Of a DNA stretch of 64,000 nt, positions 54,691 through 64,000 are shown piece by piece. Under the pieces are notes generated by a model. It did not search any database and was not told the origin of the DNA. It saw nothing but the letters and a program-made list of their open reading frames with translations. A program made the position numbers and the translations under genes. The stretch is from the human T2T-CHM13v2.0 reference genome, Homo sapiens, in assembly GCF_009914755.1 (NCBI RefSeq), contig NC_060929.1; one strand, 5' to 3'. How positions within the stretch are numbered: position 1 is the first letter of the stretch; each line of letters begins with the position of its first letter.

Positions 54691-56439
54691 CCTTTCATAG
54701 GCGACTGCTCTAAAAATATTATGTCATTTCATAGATGGGTCTCAATTATTTTGTGATTCATTGCCTCCCAAAGATCAATCTACTTGACACAAAGGAAAGA
54801 TCTAGTCACCATGAGACAGAATGGATATTGAAGCATACAGACATTTGACTCAAATTAATCAAAAAGTTGCATTTTTCAGTAAGTCAGCTATTACCAAGTG
54901 CTTCTTATGAATAGTTATTTTAAGATGCAGCTTTCCAGAAATACTGCTTTCTTAAACAAAGTTTCATTCCAGAAAGGAAAAAGCCTTTGGCCAATTTAGA
55001 AGAAGCTTTGTACCATTCCTGGGAACTGCTCAGCATCTGGGGTTGCTGGATTTTAAGATGGAGTTCTCCTATCTAATAAAGCTGCTATGATCATTGAACA
55101 CAGACACATGTAAGATGTGTTGGGGCCTTGGGGACGTAAAATGATAGCACGAGGAGGGACAGGAATCTAAATGCTTTGTCGCACACACCAGAGCATAAAT
55201 AATTATCAAAGAATGCTTAGGGGAATTTAATTTAATTCTGCATGTAATGAAAGATGAAAAATTATCTTTTCCATTAACATCAATTGCATCAAAATCAGTA
55301 TTTTTATAATTTTCTCAACCTATTTTTTTTCTTTCAACTGGCGAAGTATCAAAAGGCAATAAAGAGAAAAAAAGTACTTCCAGATGGTTGGTCTAAGCAA
55401 ATTACATGCAATTTTCCTTTAAATAAAATGGAAAATGTATGTAATAGAAGCCCTGCTGAACACCTATCAAATCAAAATGATTACTGTCTGCACCGTTGTA
55501 ATTCACTCACTGGTTTATGGCCTCACTCTATTTCAAAGAGTTTCCCAAATTCATATAATGTTCTGCAGTGCTAGAGCTGGCATCAGATCTCTGATGTAGC
55601 TGAAAGATGCAGACTGTGAAATCTTCCATTGTTGGACAACTTTCTTATTTGGGACATAGTTGAGAAAGCTGAGCAGCCAAAAAATAAAATAAAATAAATT
55701 GTCCTTTCAAAGGCAGCTTTAAAGTCGCACTCACTCAGCTCAATAAACTCTGTGTTTCAGGGGTAACCACAAAAAGAGAAGACTTTCTACTTGTTGTTCC
55801 AAGTATACATTTTACACTAAACCCTATGCTATTTAGAGAGATATTGGTAAAAAATTATGGCAGTGGGTCATCAGATGAGGAATTCCCTCTCAAAACCCTT
55901 CTAGATAAACTGACTCTCAATTCCCCCAACCTTTACTCAAGAAATTGGATTTTATGTGCTCCATCCTTTTACCCTAAAACTCATTAGTACATAAATGAGG
56001 AGAAAAAGTTGAGAATTGGAGAGGTGGGAGGTCAGGGAAGATAGAGGGTCACTGGGGGAGTGGACTGTCCACTCTAACCCGTTTCTGATCACTGGTATCC
56101 ACAGAATGAACCCCAAAGCCATCGCCCATCAAAGGGCAGGTCCCACACTTCCCAGCAATTAGATCCAGGTGGAGGTGAGCCTCTGGTGGGGTGGTGCGGA
56201 AGGGCAGAGCCAGGTAACCAGGGTAGTCAGGGCATGCCTACCTCGCCCCTACCCCAGAGCCTCTCACCTGCAAACTGGGTACAAGCAGTTGGTGTAAGGT
56301 CAGGAATGTTGTCAAAGGCAACATGAAAGTTATAGTGTATCAAGTTCAAGACCTGGACTTCACAGATTTATGGCTACATAAATACACACAATGTCTTTAT
56401 GAATTTGCCCCTGCTTTTAATTTAGTAAGAGACCTTCAA

Positions 56440-56660
56440 AGCAGGAGTTCAAAACCAGGGGCAATTTTACTTCCCCTCCTCAGGAACATTTGGCAATACC
56501 TGGGGACAATTCTGGTTACCACAGTGAGGGGATACTACGGGTATCTGTCAATAGAGGCCAGTGATGCTGATAAATTTCCTATAATGTGCTACCCTCACTG
56601 ACAAGAAGGGATTATCCGGTGCAAATTGTCAATAGTGCCAAGGTTGAAAAACTCTGCTTT
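56440..56660. mobile_element. MER20 (opposite orientation to the other two copies)
   Basis: AACCAGGGGCAATTTT...ACATTTGGCAAT...AGAGGCCAGTGATGCTG...TGTCAATAGTGCCAAGGTTGA. Confidence 0.8.
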
Positions 56661-57499
56661 ACACTGAAAAAAAGAGAGATGCAATTTAGGTAGCATTATG
56701 TTCTGTAAGTAGAAAAGAAATTGGTAAGACCAGAATCTCTTACCACTGAAATGTTTCTCAGCTGCTAAAATAGGGAGCCTGGTACACTCATTGAACAGCT
56801 TTCTAATTTTCTTTTATATCCTACACAGATTTTCTCTTTATTCTGCCATGCAGAAAAATAAGAGAGGCCATTTATAGCAACCATTTGAATTCTCTCCTGT
56901 ATTATTTTAAGATGCTGCTGCTTTTACATTTTGCCCATAAGAAGTTTTACTAGAATAAATAAAACCAGTTGTACACAATTCACAGACAATTGTTTTCCAA
57001 AGGATTTTTTTAGTATTATAAGCTGTAACCTCTAATTAAATATGTGATCCCACTGGATTTTATACATAGAATATAGTTACCATATTTACGTGTGCACATT
57101 ATCCACTTTACTAACTTTTCTAAAATTTCTCACATAAATCTGAATTTTTAAGCCTTAAGTGGGATCCCAATTTGTACATTTTTCTTTCAACTATCCATAT
57201 CTTTTGATAGTGAATAGACCAGTCCTCAGTTACTCCTTAGCACCTCCCATATTTGCAATGCAGGACCCAGTGATTACTTCTATTACTTCTGGTAGTTCTC
57301 AAAGTTACAAGGAACAAGAATGATCATGAAGGTTCAATTCACCTGATTCCATAATCACATTCTTTGCTCTTGAGACATTCGCCCCGTTACTTCTGTGCCT
57401 TGTCTTTATCACCACAAATCCTCCGATCAGCACATCCCTTGCCTATCAGCCTCTCTACTTAACAACTTCATTTTTACATTTATTACATCTTTCCTGCCA

Positions 57500-58169
<670 letters not shown>

Positions 58170-58604
58170 CTTCCTATATGCAAAGCAGAGCAAAATAAAG
58201 GCAAATACTACATTTTCAAAGTTATTTGCCTCAGTAGCATCAGCATTTGGTTCCAGCTGTAATCCTCAGCCCCCTCCCATGATGGTAATCAAAGGCTTGC
58301 CATTTGCTGGAAATTCCTGCCCTGCAATAGGAGTGTTCTTCACCCTCTACATCTGACAACTGCCCTCCACAGTTCACAAATACTGACGGCGCACTAAACC
58401 ATAAGCTCTTTAGGAACAGGAACTCTGACATATATGTATTTATACCCCGGAGAGTAATCAAATTGTACTACATATACTCCTGGTGCTGATGAGGACCAGT
58501 AATGAGACAGATAGAATGTATCCAGAGACATCTGTTGGTGCTAAGAAGGGCTCAGGCAGGTAATAGGCATCCTAACCATTTAGGACAAAGTAAAGGACAA
58601 ATAA

Positions 58605-59114
58605 ATCTCCAATTTTAGTCATTTATTTTCTTCCGCTAGCTTTCAGGTTGATGTGTTCTTTCCTAGTTCCTTTAGGTACAAAGTTAGATTGTTAATTTGA
58701 AACCTTTCTAAACCTTTCTAACTTCTTGATGAAAGTGTCTTGGGGCTACATGCTTTCCTCTTAACACTGCTTTGGCTGCATCCCAGAGATTTTGGTAAGT
58801 TGTGTCCTCGTATTCATTGATTTCAAGCATTTTTTTTTTATTTCTGCCTTAATTTCTGTGTTCACCTAGGAGTTATTCAGGAGTAAGTTGTTCAATTTCC
58901 ATGTGTTTGTATAGTTTTGAGAGATCTTGGCATTAATTTCTATTTTTATTGCACTGTGGTGTGAGAGTGTCCTTGGTATGATTTCCAGGTTTTTGAATTT
59001 ATTGAGGCTTGCTTTGTGACCAAGCATGTGGTCGATCTTAGAAGACAGTCTGTGTGCAGATGAGAAAAATGTATATTCTGCGGTTGTTGGGTGGAGTGTT
59101 CTGTAGATGTCTAT
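58605..59114 (-). mobile_element. Internal L1 ORF2 fragment (endonuclease C-terminal part and linker), primate L1PA/PB age
   Basis: Translates to IDIYRTLHPTTAEYTFFSSAH...KIDHMLGHKASLNKFK..EII...SHHSAIKIEI...NTWKLNNLLLN, the L1 APE-like endonuclease end; the catalytic SDH reads SHH. Confidence 0.92.
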
Positions 59115-60470
59115 AGAAAATGTTTTGGCCAGAGTGTGTGCCTCACTTAGAAAGGAAGGGGAAAGATAGAGGAAGGGCAGTGCAAAGTCATGTTCAATGG
59201 TCATGGTCAGTGAGGCAAAACTGCATCTCTGAGCTCAGGATGAAAGAGGATGAGGCAACGATGGTCGAGGATGCTGATTACATCTCCTAAGTACAGGTTT
59301 TAAACATGCACACATCTGGTCAACCTCTTCTGATTGTGTGCAAACCTAAGGAGTCACAGGTGGGCCCTGATAAGGTCATGAGATAAAATAGGGGGCTTTA
59401 TGTTTCCTAGGGCATGCATGCACACACAAGTACATGGCAGATTTAACATTTTATAAATGACACCCAAATAACTCCTGTTTATCATCTGGGAGCATTCCAT
59501 TTTTTTCTCAAGAATCATTGTATGACAAGATATGGCAAAGCTCAAATTAAATCAACACAACGAATAACCAACAAAAACAAGTGAAGTTTCAGAAGGGCAA
59601 ATTAAGAACAACTTTTGTTTTTCTGTGGTGTCACACAGAGAAAAGTTATGTCTAGAGTAGATACTCTTTGATGTACATCCCAAAAGCTCTATTAGCACAT
59701 CTGCAGCCAAACCACTGGTTTCAGGATGTGTACTGTTGGGCCCCTCGGTGGCCATATTGGTTCCAGATGGAGTTCAAATAACATAAGGGCCTTTGTTCCC
59801 GGGCTGAACTATTTCATTTCTCCACTGGTAACTTGCACACATGATGGAGCGCTCCATCATGAACGATGTGCAATGCCCAGGGGTGCTTCAAAAAATGTAC
59901 CACAGAGACTGCTAAAACTCATGGAAGCCCCTGCTTTTAAGTGATAGCAGCAGCATTTGCCAACAGAGTGGTGCTAGTGGGCTGTATTACATTCCATCTT
60001 TGTTTATGCAACACCCCTGGAATAAAAAGTTAGGCATTTACCATTATAATTTACCTTAATTATAGTATTTGTCACTACCTGTAATGCACAAAAGAATTAT
60101 GGTAGTTGCACTCATAGAAGAGGAAAATGAGACACAGGGAGCCTTTTTGACTTGCACAGGGTTGCTCCTATGCTGGAGAGAAGGGGAAATATTAAATACC
60201 TTACATCAAATACCTAAGGGCAGACTTAAGGATTTCTAATCCACTGCTGCTGACTGCTGGTATTTTAAGAAGGGAACTTTCAAAGAAGAATGAATGTTGT
60301 CAGAAACATGATTCCTAACATAAGGAAGCAATGACTGGGGGCTGGGAGATGGCCTATATCCCTTGTAAGAGTATTTTGAGCCCTTTAGACAATAGGAAGG
60401 CTCTCTGACAGTCTTACTTGTCACCAGGCCTCTGCTATGTCCAGAACAACAGGGTTAGAATTCATGGCCC

Positions 60471-60776
<306 letters not shown>

Positions 60777-60789
60777 TCATGGCCACATT

Positions 60790-61760
60790 TCCAAAATCTT
60801 CATACTTTTGCAAGCTCACTGCCTATTTCAGGGCCATTTCTTTGAACTTATTTCTTCCCCTACCCACATAATCAGTGTGAACAGTCTAGTGTACTGCCTT
60901 CTGTATCTTCCTCCATGTTTCTGCAATAACATACAAATACAGGTATTCAGACATGGGGGATGGAGGTCATTTTACTTTATAATTTGAGATTTTCTCATAA
61001 TATCATAAAATCTCTCCAAGTTAACCAGGTATGATTAAAATTAATCTTTAATCACATCTGAGACATTCTTACAACATAACTGACATATAATCTATACTTG
61101 ATTGGTACACATTCAATATGTGAGATCAATTTTTGGGAGAGAGGAAAGGAAGCAGTAAAAAAGCTTCTATAAACATTCACTATACATGCCCTTATATATG
61201 TATGCTGGTATTTTTATTTTTACAATATATATGCCCTCATATATTATATACGGGTGTTTTTCTTTGTATAGTACATATTCCCAGGGGTTGTAATACTGGG
61301 TGAAATAGTTTGTATATTTTTAATTAGGATTATCAAACCACTTTTCCAAAATATGTAAGTAATTCATGTTTCCATCAGTCATGGGTGAAAGTCCCCTTTA
61401 ATCAGCATCCTTACCTGTCGTGGGTGTTATCTTTTTTCTCTCTCTCTTTTTGGCCAGTCAGAAGAATGATATCTCATTTGAATTATCCTAAGAGCAATGG
61501 ATAGAACATTGTTTCATCTACTTACTGGACATGAGGATTTGCTCTTATGTGAACTACCTATTCATATATTTTTCAATTTTCTTATGGGCTGCTTGAATTT
61601 TTCTCATCAATTTGTAAGAGCTCTTTGTATATTAGAAATACCAACCTTATGCCTATTGCAGGAATTGCAAATATTATCTCTATCTAATGTTAGACTTTTT
61701 AGATGGTTTATGTCATCTTTTAGCACAGTTTAGTTTAACGATAACCAAATTACAGTCTAT
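60790..61760 (-). mobile_element. Ancient L1ME-type fragment
   Basis: Reverse L1M text (CATATTCCCAGGGGTTGTAATACTGGGTGAAA, TTATGTGAACTACCTATTCATAT, ATTGCAAATATTATCTCT). Confidence 0.65.
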
Positions 61761-64000
61761 CCCTTAAGTTGCCAAAAAGAAGGAATCAGCAGAAAATTCT
61801 CGTTCTGCAATTACTAAGATAAAACATCCAGTGAAAGAGGAACTTGGAAAAGATCCAGTACAAATAAAACTGCATGTTCAAGAATGCTTTCTTAACCTTT
61901 GGCACAGATGCCACCTTGCCCCCTCCTTGGCTTATAAGAAGCTGTCATACACCATCATTAACACAGTTGGTCTCACCCTTCAATGCAGATGTTATAGGGT
62001 GCTGCTCCTGAATAATTCTTCAACCTGGGCAACGCATTTAAATTGGGAATTTTCAGCTATAATTGTTACTCTCTGCTGTCCATAGGATGAAGTCTTTGAC
62101 CCGAACCTAAATACAGACCAGAATTCTGAGCCCAAAAACTATCTCCAGCATCCGGAGAAGAAGCATCATGAAAGGGGAGGAGAGAGCTGTTTATATATAA
62201 AATAAGTTGAATTTGCAAGAAAGAACCGACTGTCTTTTTCTTTAAAAATTGTAGGTAGTATCAAAGTTTTTCTCCTCTTTACAGATAAAAACAAAAAGGC
62301 TAACGGAATGCAGTCGACCGAGAACTAGTTTCTTACATTTCCATTGAGGGTATCTTTCTCTAGATCTGTCATTTTTCAGAATTTTCCAAGTAATAAAGTC
62401 ACAGGCTTTTTTGTTAGGTGGCTGGAAAGAGAAATGTATTTGTCATTCTGTCTGATCTTCCAAAGCATTTTTCAGTGTTGTTTTTGTTGCTGTTATCTTG
62501 TTGAATTTTTTATCAGACTATTATTGGTATCACCAATAAAGAGGATGTTGAATTATGTTTCTCATTCCAAAAATAGTGCAAAAAAATTAATCTTAAAAAG
62601 TATAATGGAATCCACTTTTCTTTCACTGACTCCATCTGCAAGCCAGGATCAACTGTAAAATCATTTTATGAAGAAGCAATATTGCAGGGGATTTATTCTC
62701 TGGGTCTAACAGACTGCTTGCAAGCCAGCGTTAAAGACCTTGAACAGTTGATGCAAATTCCACCTTTGTATTTTACTGCCCTCAGTGAGCTCAACATCAT
62801 TCATTAAAGGGTGTATTAGCTGATATCTTACCACCGCCATGCAGCAGAGAAGGAGAATCACATAATTTTAAAATTCAGGCTGAGGGCCACTGTGGACGCA
62901 GAAGGCTGACTTCCGACCACCTGCTTCCCCACTAGACTTGTTCCAAATGGCTTTCTTGAGAGGTGATTCACAAGTGCTAAAAAATCACGAATTTTTAAAG
63001 TGAGATATTTTGGATTACTTATAAACTACTTTCCGTAATGGCATTTTACCAATGAAATGATCCACTGGATGAAAATGACTTATCCTTAGTTATCTGTTTT
63101 ATTCCTGAGCTCATCTATTTTGACAAGTTCTTGATCATTGTGCAGTACAAACTATGCGCAGCCTTTTCACAAAGGCTTCCCTATGGATTCTAGGAGCTCA
63201 CAACCCACCGCTTCTCAACAGACAGTCATATATTCTACTTTACAGCAGAATACTTCTGCCTCAGGGAATCCTAATGGCCAGTGCCAAATCTTGTTTTCAC
63301 TAACTGTGAGAAATGTGAGCCTTATGCTTTACATTAATAGGCCAAATGTATTTCTCTTTGATAGAAAATCAAACTTCTAAGCCACTGATAAAACTCTGGT
63401 GACATCCTGAGCTTCACAGGTTTGATCCTCTTACAAAAGGTGTGAACAATGCAAGTGAGGTTAACAAAAATCCTTGCAGGGAATCACACACTGAGTGGCT
63501 CTCTGGCCTGCATCACTAACTGCTGCATTTTATTAACAGCAGGTCAAAGAGCCTCTCGCCCAACACATCACAAATGTTCACAGAGATTCAATGAGTCAAC
63601 AAGTATGCCTACTGCAGCTGGAACTGACACTGAAAATGTGAACTACATTGACAAAAATTCTCAGCAGGCCTCTCAAACACAAACTTTTCCCTAGCCCAAG
63701 GTCTCTGGGGAAAAATTATAACAATTAAAAGTGCAGTGTGGAGTGAGAACACAGTACAGCAAATTTTTAATGTCAGAAAGTAGCAATTTGATAACTAAGA
63801 AAACTGGAAAAATCATTATAACCTATGCCTTACTTTGCCCAGCACCTCCCAAGACTCAACTGGAAAGAGCCTGGCTTTGAGAAGAATGAAAGCCTGAACT
63901 GCTGATTGTGAGAAAAAAAAAGGCAAAATAAGTGCTGAAAGGAACTCACATCAAATATTTCATTGTAAGAGTCTGATCTTATTTCCTATAGCCAGAATGG

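Noticed and set aside
58866-59204. 112-aa ORF with endonuclease similarity as a functional gene
   Set aside because: Dead L1 ORF2 fragment: it lacks most of the domain, the SDH motif is mutated, and the N-terminus comes from unrelated flank.

Overview
Human (AluYa5-bearing) AT-rich genomic DNA lying entirely inside SEMA5A (semaphorin-5A, 5p15 by prior knowledge), which is transcribed from the minus strand. The only protein-coding sequence I can support is the 201-nt first coding exon at 20044..19844: 77 nt of 5'UTR plus 124 nt of CDS encoding MKGTCVIAWLFSSLGLWRLAHPEAQGTTQCQRTEHPVISYK. The rest is intron: 1-19843 downstream and 20045-64000 upstream. It is filled with Alu, L1, L2, MIR, MaLR/ERVL LTR and hAT/Tigger/mariner relics, STRs and two minisatellites. 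Almost all ORFs in the supplied track are repeat artefacts. I found no prokaryotic genes, CRISPR array, RNA gene or clearly novel system. The best leads are regulatory or evolutionary: an Arg-rich uORF before the SEMA5A start, a young 5'-truncated AluYa5, a candidate poison exon followed by an RBFOX-motif minisatellite, a chain of antisense exon-like units, recursive-splice-like sites and a CTCF motif. Repeat boundaries and subfamily names were read by eye and are approximate unless a TSD is quoted.
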